DNA of 64,000 nucleotides from Vicinamibacterales bacterium (GTDB lineage: Bacteria; Acidobacteriota; Vicinamibacteria; Vicinamibacterales; UBA8438). The notes beneath the pieces were generated by a model, which made no database searches, was not told the DNA's origin, and saw nothing but the letters and a program-made list of their open reading frames with translations. Location of the stretch: positions 6,577,869-6,641,868 of the forward strand of contig CBDHGC010000004.1 in the NCBI GenBank assembly GCA_965262925.1. Direction: 5' to 3'. The position numbers and the translations under genes are program-made. Numbering within the stretch: position 1 is the first letter of the stretch; every line of letters starts with the position of its first letter. Shown here piece by piece: positions 41,134-49,353 of this stretch.

Positions 41134-42471
41134 ATGAAGACCTACAGGCTCGTGCTCGCGGCGGTTGCGTTGTTGATGCTGGCCGGCGGCGCCCTGCCGG
41201 CGACGGCCCAGACGACGGATACGGACGACGTGACGTTCGCCCGTGACGTCGCACCGATTCTCCAGCGGAGCTGTCAGGCTTGCCATCGCAGCGGCAGCAT
41301 GGCCCCCATGTCGCTGGTGAGCTACCAGGAAGTGCGGCCCTGGGCCCGCGCGATCCGCGAGAAGGTCTCCACGCGCACGATGCCGCCGTGGCATCTCGAC
41401 AAGACGGTCGGCATCCGGGACTTCGCCAACGACATCTCCCTGAGCGACGCCGAGATCGACGCGGTGGTGCGCTGGGTCGACGCCGGTGCGCCGCTCGGCA
41501 ACCCGGCCGACATGCCGCCGCCCGTCGAGTGGCCGGCGGACGACATCTGGCGCCTCGCGGACAAGTACGAGGAGCTCGGCGAGCCGGACCTGGTGGTCCG
41601 CTCGACGCCGTGGACGCAGTCGGCCGAGGGTCAGGACCAGTGGTATCAGCCGGTCGTCGATACCGGGCTGACCGAGGATCGCTGGGTCAAGGCACTCGAG
41701 GTGCGGCCGTCGCTGCCGGGCCGCCCCATCGTGCATCACGCCGTCACCTACCTGATGCAGCAGGAGAGCCCAGAGGACTTCGAGGCGGCGGTCGACGTCC
41801 CGGGCACCGGCTCCTACTTCACCGAGTTCGCGGTCGGCAAGATCGGCGACGTCTTCCGCGAGAACACCGGCAAGCTGCTGAAGGCCGACTCGCAGATCCG
41901 TTTCGATCTCCACTACCACTCGGTCGGAGAGGAGATCAGCGATTCGACCGAGCTCGGCATCTGGTTCTACCCCAAGGGCTACGTCCCGAAGTATCGGGTC
42001 TACGCGCAGGCGATGGGCGTGCGCCAGGCGATGCAGACGCTCGACATCCCGCCCGGCCAGGTGACCGAGCACGAGGCGTTCGTCCCGCTACGTTTCCCGG
42101 CGCGGCTCGAGAACTTCCAGCCGCACATGCACATCCGCGGCAAGGCCCTGGCGATGGAGGCGATCTATCCGAACGGGCGGACGGAGATGCTGAGCTACGT
42201 CGATCAGTTCGATTTCAACTGGCACGTCAACTACGTCTACGCCGACCACTCGGCCCCGGTCCTGCCCGCCGGCACGGTCGTCAAGATCACCGCGTGGCAC
42301 GACAACTCGCCGGGCAACCGCGCGAATCCGGACCCGACGCAGTGGGTCGGCTGGGGCCAGCGCAGCTACGACGACATGTACCACGCGCACGTGAACGTGG
42401 TGTACCTCACCGACGAGGACTACGAGCAGATCGTCGCCGAGCGGGCCGCGGCGACCGACAACGACGAGTAG
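41134..42471 (+). CDS. Cytochrome c-fused copper type II monooxygenase (PHM/DBM-like), copy A
   Basis: Signal peptide, CQACH plus MPPW, IVHHA, DLHYH, PHMH, FDFNW, DDM. Confidence 0.8.
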   Translation: MKTYRLVLAAVALLMLAGGALPATAQTTDTDDVTFARDVAPILQRSCQACHRSGSMAPMSLVSYQEVRPWARAIREKVSTRTMPPWHLDKTVGIRDFANDISLSDAEIDAVVRWVDAGAPLGNPADMPPPVEWPADDIWRLADKYEELGEPDLVVRSTPWTQSAEGQDQWYQPVVDTGLTEDRWVKALEVRPSLPGRPIVHHAVTYLMQQESPEDFEAAVDVPGTGSYFTEFAVGKIGDVFRENTGKLLKADSQIRFDLHYHSVGEEISDSTELGIWFYPKGYVPKYRVYAQAMGVRQAMQTLDIPPGQVTEHEAFVPLRFPARLENFQPHMHIRGKALAMEAIYPNGRTEMLSYVDQFDFNWHVNYVYADHSAPVLPAGTVVKITAWHDNSPGNRANPDPTQWVGWGQRSYDDMYHAHVNVVYLTDEDYEQIVAERAAATDNDE

Positions 42472-42575
42472 CCGGGCACTACCGGGGGGACCCCGTTCAT
42501 CGTGGGCGGTGGCCCCCCATCCGCGTCACGGCCGGGACGGCGGCGCGCGACATGGTGACGAGGGAGCCTGCCGAC

Positions 42576-43721
42576 ATGCCCATGACCGTCATCCGCGTGC
42601 GTCCCCTGCTCGCGGCGTGCGCGCTGGTGCTCTTCGCCGCTTGCCAACCGCTCGCGGAGATGGCGCTCGCAGCATCGGCGGAAAGCGCCGCCCAGCCGTC
42701 TTCCGCGCCGACATTCCAGGTCGACCCGTTCTGGCCGCAGGAGCTTCCGGGCGACTGGCTGCTCGGCAACGTCGTCGGCGTGGCGACCGACTCGAGCGAC
42801 AACGTCTGGATCATCCACCGCCCGAACAGCCAGCGCGGGGCGGACAACACGCCGCCGGTCATCGCCTTCGACCCCACCGGCGCCGTCGTCCACGCCTGGG
42901 GCGGCCCCGGCGAAGGGTACGACTGGGGGACCCAGACGCACGGGATTCACGTCGACCACGAGGGCAACGTCTGGGTCGGATTCGGCGGCGGACTCCCCTA
43001 CGACCTGACGACCCGCGCCACCACCGACAACGCCCACGTCCTGAAGTTCACCCCGGAGGGCGAGTTCCTGCTGCAGATCGGCGACTTCGGGCGGGGCACG
43101 GAGGGCAGCAACAGCACCGAGTTCCTCGGCCAGCCGACCGATGTCTTCGTGGATCCCGCAGCCGGCGACGTCTACATCAGCGACGGGTACACGAACCGGC
43201 GGGCGATCGTCTTCGACGCGAACACCGGCGAGTACCGGCGGCACTGGAGCGCCTACGGCAACCCGCCGGACGACGCGGCGCAGCCCCCCTTCACGCGCGC
43301 CGGGCCGCTGCCGCAGCAGTTCAACACGCCGCACTGCGTCGGGCGCGCCGCGGACGGCCGGGTCTACGTCTGCGACCGCGGGAACCAGCGGCTCCAGGTA
43401 TTCGAACCCGACGGGACTTTCGTGACCGAGGCGCTCATCGCCGCCCGGCTGCGAAACGGAACCGTGGGCGGCACGCCGTGGGATCTGTCCTTCTCACGCG
43501 ATCCGGAACAGAGGTTCGTCTTCGTCGCCGACGGCAGCAACCATGCAGTCCACACGCTCTCGCGCGAGACGCTCGACGTGGTCGCCACCTTCGGCCGCCG
43601 CGGGCGCTGGGCCGGGCAGTTCGAGTCGCCCCACAGCCTCGCCGTCGATTCCCAGGGCAACCTCTTCGTCGGCGAGACGCTCGACGGCCGCCGCGTGCAG
43701 AAGTTCGTGCCGGCCAACTGA
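42576..43721 (+). CDS. PAL-like (peptidyl-alpha-hydroxyglycine lyase family) NHL beta-propeller lipoprotein
   Basis: Lipobox FAAC; THGI, SDGYTNRR, PHCV, CDRGNQRLQVF, PHSLAVD. Confidence 0.8.
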   Translation: MPMTVIRVRPLLAACALVLFAACQPLAEMALAASAESAAQPSSAPTFQVDPFWPQELPGDWLLGNVVGVATDSSDNVWIIHRPNSQRGADNTPPVIAFDPTGAVVHAWGGPGEGYDWGTQTHGIHVDHEGNVWVGFGGGLPYDLTTRATTDNAHVLKFTPEGEFLLQIGDFGRGTEGSNSTEFLGQPTDVFVDPAAGDVYISDGYTNRRAIVFDANTGEYRRHWSAYGNPPDDAAQPPFTRAGPLPQQFNTPHCVGRAADGRVYVCDRGNQRLQVFEPDGTFVTEALIAARLRNGTVGGTPWDLSFSRDPEQRFVFVADGSNHAVHTLSRETLDVVATFGRRGRWAGQFESPHSLAVDSQGNLFVGETLDGRRVQKFVPAN

Positions 43722-43755
43722 ATCGCCACACGCGGAGACTTCGGATGACTCGCTA

Positions 43756-44445
43756 TCAGCCGGACTTGCGCCCCACCACCACCGTCATTCCAACCTCGCG
43801 CCAGACGCACTCGGCGTCGAAACCGGCTGCCGCAACGGCCGCCAGCTCGTCTTCCAGCGGGAAGTAGGTGTCTTCCTCGGCCCACTCCTCGAAGTGCCCG
43901 AACGCGCGCTTCTCGTCGATCCCCTGCACCACCATGTGATCCGCCCAGGCGCGCCAGGTCGCCTCGCTCGCGTCCGGATCCGCCGGCATCGTGGCGTCGG
44001 CGTTGACGAAGACGCCGCCGGGTTCGAGCGCGCTGTGGATCCGCCGGTAGAGCGCCCGCTTGGCGTCCAGAGTCCGTACGTGGTGCAGAGCCAGCGACGC
44101 CGCGGCGCAGTTGCAGCGCGGCAACGCCGCGAGGAACGACTGTTCCGTAAAGCGCACACGCCCGCCGAACCGCGCGAGACGCGTCCGGGCCTGCGCGAGC
44201 ATCTCCCGGTCCACGTCGATCAGCTCTACGGTCCCGCTGTCGCACAACTGCAGAATGGCCTCGGCGAGCGCGCCGGTCCCTCCCCCGAGGTCGAGCACCA
44301 GGCCGGGAGCGACGGCCGCCAACTCGCGGGCCGCCACACCGAGCATCGCCTCGTAGCCGGGAATGAACTGGCGGATCGCGGTGTCGTAGGCGTCGATAGG
44401 GACGCGCAGGTGACGGCGTACGGAGTGAGCGCTGTCGCTATTCAT
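43756..44445 (-). CDS. Class I SAM-dependent methyltransferase
   Basis: VLDLGGGTG, ASLALHH, LEPGGVFVNAD. Confidence 0.9.
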   Translation of the reverse strand: MNSDSAHSVRRHLRVPIDAYDTAIRQFIPGYEAMLGVAARELAAVAPGLVLDLGGGTGALAEAILQLCDSGTVELIDVDREMLAQARTRLARFGGRVRFTEQSFLAALPRCNCAAASLALHHVRTLDAKRALYRRIHSALEPGGVFVNADATMPADPDASEATWRAWADHMVVQGIDEKRAFGHFEEWAEEDTYFPLEDELAAVAAAGFDAECVWREVGMTVVVGRKSG

Positions 44446-44510
44446 GACCGATCGGCGCTCGGCAGGTCGTATCTACGGGGTGCATTGCCGGCGGGACGCC
44501 GAACTCGCCG

Positions 44511-45125
44511 CTACGGCGCGAGCCCAAAGATCTCGGCGACCGGAAGACGGAACCCGGGAAACAGCGGCTCGCCCTCCAGCACGTCGGATTCCCCGAGTCG
44601 CCGTGGGATGCCATCCGGTTCATGCATCGTGACCGTCACTCGCTTGGGATCCACTACCCAGACGAGGCGCGTGCCCGCAGCGAGCCACGACGCCACCTTG
44701 TCCGCTACTTCGCGGCGAGTGTCACCCGGTGAAGTGACCTCTACCGCCAGATCCGGCGCACCCTCCCAGAAGGTCACCGGGAGACCGGATGCCGAAATCC
44801 GTGCCCGCCGGACGAAGGCCACGTCGGGGGCAAGCACGGTATCGGGATCCCTCTCCAAGACGAACCCGGTCTCCGCACCGCAAACGACGCCCAGCCGGTG
44901 CGCCTTTACGTGCTGACCCAACGGGACCGCCACGTTCATGATGACGGCGCCGTGCCGGAATCCCGCCGCCGCCATACGCTGCAACTCTCCTCTGACCAGG
45001 GCATACCGGCAGTTGTCGTCCGGCAGGCGGAGCAACTCCTCCGCGGTCATGGCCCTGCCGACCCGTGGCGCCGGAAGGCGTTGTCCGGGAACCGGCAGCG
45101 AAGGCGCCGACGCACCAGGGTTCAT
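44511..45125 (-). CDS. Uma2 family PD-(D/E)XK protein
   Basis: AETGFVL, APDVAFV, APDLAVEVTSP, GTRLVWVVDP, LFPGF; start may be 45050. Confidence 0.9.
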   Translation of the reverse strand: MNPGASAPSLPVPGQRLPAPRVGRAMTAEELLRLPDDNCRYALVRGELQRMAAAGFRHGAVIMNVAVPLGQHVKAHRLGVVCGAETGFVLERDPDTVLAPDVAFVRRARISASGLPVTFWEGAPDLAVEVTSPGDTRREVADKVASWLAAGTRLVWVVDPKRVTVTMHEPDGIPRRLGESDVLEGEPLFPGFRLPVAEIFGLAP

Positions 45126-45161
45126 GGGATACCGCTGACTGTCAAGCGGTGATCGGGGGCC

Positions 45162-46058
45162 TCAAGGGATGACGGTGACGGTGACGTCCGCGGTCGTGGC
45201 GAGACCGCCGTCGTGGGCGATGCCGCGCAGCACGTAGGTGCCCGGCTCCGCGAACGTCGCTTCGGTAAGCCAGCGACCGTCCTCGGGCGGTTCCGGCGTC
45301 TTCCAGCCGGGCGACCAGGGAGACCCGCCGGTGTCGCGCGTGTCCTCCCAGACCTTGGTCTGGGGCGGATCGAACGTGACGTCCCCGGCACCGCGGTAGA
45401 CGAACCACGAGAAACGGTGCCCGGTCGCCGTGTCGGTCGTGATGCGGCCGGGAAGGCGCGGACTCGAAGCCGCCATCGAACGGGCGCGCGGCTTGCCGTC
45501 GTCGGTGGAGACGGCGATCAGGGTCACCGGCTCGCCGACCCGCGTCGTGCGCTCGCCGGCCCCTTCGATCTCCAGCGTGGGCGCCTGGTTGTCAGCCAGC
45601 TCGGGCGTGGTCGCGGCGGCGCCTCCCGCCCCGTAGTTCGCCTGGATGACGAGATCGTCGATGAAGTAGTCACGCCGCAAGCTGGCGTACGCGCGCTCGG
45701 TCTGCCCGTTGGTCGTCAGGGTCCAGATCAGTTCCTTGTCGCCAAAGTCGGCCGGGACCCGGATGCGGAACACGAAGCGGTTCCGGCGCGGGTAGAAATG
45801 GGTGGGCTGTCCCTTGTCCGGCCCACCCGGCTCGATACTGTTGTCGGGGCCGACGGGAACGTCGATCACTTCTTCCCAGTTGCGGTTCATGTAACCGAAC
45901 ACGAGGTCGAAGGAACCGTCGTCGTTGCGCTCCCAGCCTTCGTAGGCGGGCGCGATGCTCTCTCCCGTCGCGTACGACCGCTGGGCGAAGCCTGCCGACG
46001 GCGCCGCGAGCAGCGACGCCGCCAGCACCACGATCCCGAAACGCACGGTACGGTTCAT
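45162..46058 (-). CDS. Secreted hypothetical protein (EGW..FGYxNRN type), copy B
   Basis: Paralog of 40238..41080: PAYEGWERNDDGSFDLVFGYMNRN, GQPT, FAEPGTYVLR. Confidence 0.85.
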   Translation of the reverse strand: MNRTVRFGIVVLAASLLAAPSAGFAQRSYATGESIAPAYEGWERNDDGSFDLVFGYMNRNWEEVIDVPVGPDNSIEPGGPDKGQPTHFYPRRNRFVFRIRVPADFGDKELIWTLTTNGQTERAYASLRRDYFIDDLVIQANYGAGGAAATTPELADNQAPTLEIEGAGERTTRVGEPVTLIAVSTDDGKPRARSMAASSPRLPGRITTDTATGHRFSWFVYRGAGDVTFDPPQTKVWEDTRDTGGSPWSPGWKTPEPPEDGRWLTEATFAEPGTYVLRGIAHDGGLATTADVTVTVIP

Positions 46059-46068
46059 CGGACGCACC

Positions 46069-47478
46069 TCAGTTGTCGCCGCCGGCGTCGGCTTCGGCCG
46101 CCTCGTCATCAACCCCGCAGAGCAGACATCCGATTTCGGATCCGCTGCCAGCCTCGATCGCCGCCTCACGCGCGGCGACTGCCTGAGCGAACTCCTCGTC
46201 GTCCAGGTAGATGGCCTGCATCAGGTTGATGAACATGTTGTCGACCGAGCGGTGGCCGGAGCCGGACCAGTTTCGCGGATCGACCACGTTCGGGTTGGTC
46301 GGCGAGTTGTTGAAGTACCCGGTGAGGTGCAGGATGGTCCCCTTCGGCAGCAGCGGGGCGGCGTCGTCGGCGTACTTGTAGACGCGCACCCAGTTGTGGT
46401 CGTAGCCGGCGCAGTTGAGGGTCTGCACGGACGTGCCCCAGACCGCCTCCAGACACATCCGGACGCCCGGCGCGTGCATGTGCGGCTCGAAGACGCTGAT
46501 CTTCGAGTTCTCCGGCAGCGTGAAGTAGGCGTCGGCGCGCTGGTCGGCCTCCATCGGGCGGATGTCGAGGTCCGGACCGTTGCCGAAGAAGAGCAACTGC
46601 ATCTCCTTCTCGGGCTCGTACCCCTTGGGATGGAACTTGAAGGCGACGTCGATGTGGGCGCGCGTATCGGTGCCGTTCGCGTGCAGATGCGTGGTCGGGA
46701 AGAGCAGGGTCGAGCCCGCTTCGAGCAGGCGTCCGGCGTTCTCGTCGAAGACATCGGCGTTGCGGCCGACCTCGTGCACCGGCCAGTTCAGCGGCGCGCC
46801 CTGCTCCTCACCCTCCTCGAACTCCACGATGCTGTACAGCGCCGAATGGTGGACGATGAAGAGGCCGCCGACGGTGTCGGAGCGGACACCGCGCTGCAGG
46901 TCGTTGCGCTCCTTGTACTCGATGGCCGCCACGTAGCGATCTTCGGTCAGTCCCGTCTCCGATGTTCCCAGGCTGCCCCACCAGTCGGGCGCGTCGCCTT
47001 CGATCTCGAACGCCGGCGACGAGACGATCAGGTCGGGCGCGCCGATCTCCCAGTCGTCCACGTCGATGAACGGCGGCGGCTCCGGCATGTCGGCCGGATC
47101 TCCCTGCGGCGCGCCGTTGTCGGCCCAGCGCGCGATCGTGGCGACCTCGGCGTCGCTCAGCGACCAGTCGTCCTTGAACTGCTGGATGCCGATGTTCTTC
47201 TCGATGTACCACGGCGGCATGACGCCCGGCTTGTCCCGGAGCCCGGTCCGGTACTTGATGGCGCGCGCCCAGGGCCGCACCTCTTCGTACGAGATGAGCG
47301 ACATCGGCGCGAGCGAGTTCGGCCGGTGGCACTTCTGGCAGCTCCGCTGCAGGATGGGCGCGACGTCCCGACTGAACGTCGGGTCCTCGGGAGCGGCCCC
47401 GGCGGAAGCGGGAGCCGGCAGCGAGAGCGCGATGACCGCGGCAACGCCGCAGAGACCGACCAGCTTCGAAGTCGTCAT
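46069..47478 (-). CDS. Cytochrome c-fused copper type II monooxygenase (PHM/DBM-like), copy B
   Basis: CQKCH plus MPPW, IVHHS, THLH, PHMH, YDHNW, DNM. Confidence 0.8.
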   Translation of the reverse strand: MTTSKLVGLCGVAAVIALSLPAPASAGAAPEDPTFSRDVAPILQRSCQKCHRPNSLAPMSLISYEEVRPWARAIKYRTGLRDKPGVMPPWYIEKNIGIQQFKDDWSLSDAEVATIARWADNGAPQGDPADMPEPPPFIDVDDWEIGAPDLIVSSPAFEIEGDAPDWWGSLGTSETGLTEDRYVAAIEYKERNDLQRGVRSDTVGGLFIVHHSALYSIVEFEEGEEQGAPLNWPVHEVGRNADVFDENAGRLLEAGSTLLFPTTHLHANGTDTRAHIDVAFKFHPKGYEPEKEMQLLFFGNGPDLDIRPMEADQRADAYFTLPENSKISVFEPHMHAPGVRMCLEAVWGTSVQTLNCAGYDHNWVRVYKYADDAAPLLPKGTILHLTGYFNNSPTNPNVVDPRNWSGSGHRSVDNMFINLMQAIYLDDEEFAQAVAAREAAIEAGSGSEIGCLLCGVDDEAAEADAGGDN

Positions 47479-47663
47479 GGTACGAATCCTCACACGTTTT
47501 CGGGGACTGAAGACCATTGGGAATTGTATCGCACGCGGAAAGTCCCGCGACAGCCGGCGGGGCGGCGGCGCGCTGGTCGTCGGGTTCCGGGGCGCAGCCG
47601 GAACGCGGCGCGCGGCCCCGGCTGGAACTTGCGCCCGCGGTGCGTTAGCATGCCGGACACATC

Positions 47664-49337
47664 ATGAACATGCGGCTCCACGCGCTGGCGCCGGCAATCT
47701 GCGTTGTGGCGACAGCGGCGGCGGGCTCGGTATCGTCCGTGGGCGGCGCGAGCCTCGCCCCCCTGCCGCCGGGCGGGCTGCCGGTCTCGACCGGCTTTTC
47801 GGCGCATCAAGCTGCAGTCGGCAACGCGGCCAATCAGGGTCTCCCCGACGCGGCGCAACGCCGCGACATCGAGACGGTCCGGGTGCTGATCGATGCGGGG
47901 GTCGACGTCGATGCGCCGCAGGCCGATGGAGCGACGGCACTGGCGTGGGCGGTCCACTGGGACGATCTCGCCACGGCCGACCTGCTGCTCGGCGCCGGCG
48001 CCGATGTCGACGCCGCAAACGACCTGGGCGTGACGCCGCTGATGCTCGCCAGTCTGAACGGCAGCGTCCCGATGGTCGATCTTCTCCTGAGAGCCGGAGC
48101 GGATCCGAACGCAGCCCGGCCCGCGGGCGGGACCGCCCTCATGATGGCCGCACGCTCGGGCGATGCAACCGTGCTGCGGCGGCTGATCGCTGCAGGAGCC
48201 GACCTCGACGCGGCGACGAGCAGCGGCCATACGGCCCTGATGTGGGCCGTCGCGGAGCGGCACACACGCGCCGTGACGCTCCTGGCGGAGGTCGGAGCGG
48301 ACGTGCAGGCGCGCACCGCCGTGTATACCCCACGGGCGCGGACGACCGTCCGTGAGGCGAAGGTGCTGAGCCGGTTCGAGGCGATCAATCCCGCCGGGCT
48401 GCCCCGCGACGGAGATCGGGACCCGCCGCGGCCCGAGGGCGGGTTCACGCCGCTGCTCTACGCGATTCTGGCGGGTGACGCCTCGAACGTGCGCGTGCTG
48501 CTGTCCGCCGGCGCGAACGTCGACGACGCCGGACCCGACGGCGTCACCGGGTTGATGCTGGCGTTGATAAAGCGCCACGAAGAGACCGCCCTCCTGCTCC
48601 TCGACGCGGGGGCGGATCCGAGTGCGGCCGAAGCCGGGTTCGCGGCGCTGCATCTGGCGAGCGCCACCGGCAGCCTGGCCGTGGCCGAGGCGCTGCTGGC
48701 CCGCGGCGCGGATCCCGATGTCCGCCTCCAGCGTCCCCAACGCCTGACGAACGCCTTCGAGATCGGCGTCTTCACGTCTCCGGGCTCGGGCCGGCTGACC
48801 CAGATCGGCTCTACGCCGTTCATGGTCGCCGCCAAGTCCGCGGACGCCCGGATGATGCGCCTCCTCGCCGAGGCCGGCGCCGACCCGCACCTGACCACCG
48901 CCGACGGGACGACCGCCCTGATGCTCGCGGCCGGGCTCGGCAAGCGCGCCGCGACCGACATCACCTACTACGACTGGACCGAGGAGAAGGCGGTCGCTGC
49001 CCTCGCCGCCGGGCTGGAGCTCGGCCTCGACATCAACGCCGCCAACGAGCATGGCGAGACCGCTCTGCACGCGGCCGCCTACCACAACGCGAACCGGGTC
49101 ATCGAGTTCCTCGTCGACAACGGCGCGGCGATCGACGCGCCGAACACCGCCGAGCAGACGCCACTGCGGATCGCGGAGGGACATCTGATCTGCTGCACCA
49201 CCTTCGTGCGGCACGCCGAGGCGGCGACGCGGCTGCAGGAATTGGGGGCCGACCCCGACGCCGGCATCCAATTGACGTTCGGACTGACGAACTACGGCGA
49301 TCAGGATCAGGCCCCGCCCGATGCGCCGCGGCCCTGA
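47664..49337 (+). CDS. Secreted ankyrin-repeat protein (copy 3)
   Basis: DGATALAWAVH, GHTALMWAV, GETALHAAAY repeats. Confidence 0.9.
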   Translation: MNMRLHALAPAICVVATAAAGSVSSVGGASLAPLPPGGLPVSTGFSAHQAAVGNAANQGLPDAAQRRDIETVRVLIDAGVDVDAPQADGATALAWAVHWDDLATADLLLGAGADVDAANDLGVTPLMLASLNGSVPMVDLLLRAGADPNAARPAGGTALMMAARSGDATVLRRLIAAGADLDAATSSGHTALMWAVAERHTRAVTLLAEVGADVQARTAVYTPRARTTVREAKVLSRFEAINPAGLPRDGDRDPPRPEGGFTPLLYAILAGDASNVRVLLSAGANVDDAGPDGVTGLMLALIKRHEETALLLLDAGADPSAAEAGFAALHLASATGSLAVAEALLARGADPDVRLQRPQRLTNAFEIGVFTSPGSGRLTQIGSTPFMVAAKSADARMMRLLAEAGADPHLTTADGTTALMLAAGLGKRAATDITYYDWTEEKAVAALAAGLELGLDINAANEHGETALHAAAYHNANRVIEFLVDNGAAIDAPNTAEQTPLRIAEGHLICCTTFVRHAEAATRLQELGADPDAGIQLTFGLTNYGDQDQAPPDAPRP

Positions 49338-49353
49338 GAGCCTGAACGGGACG

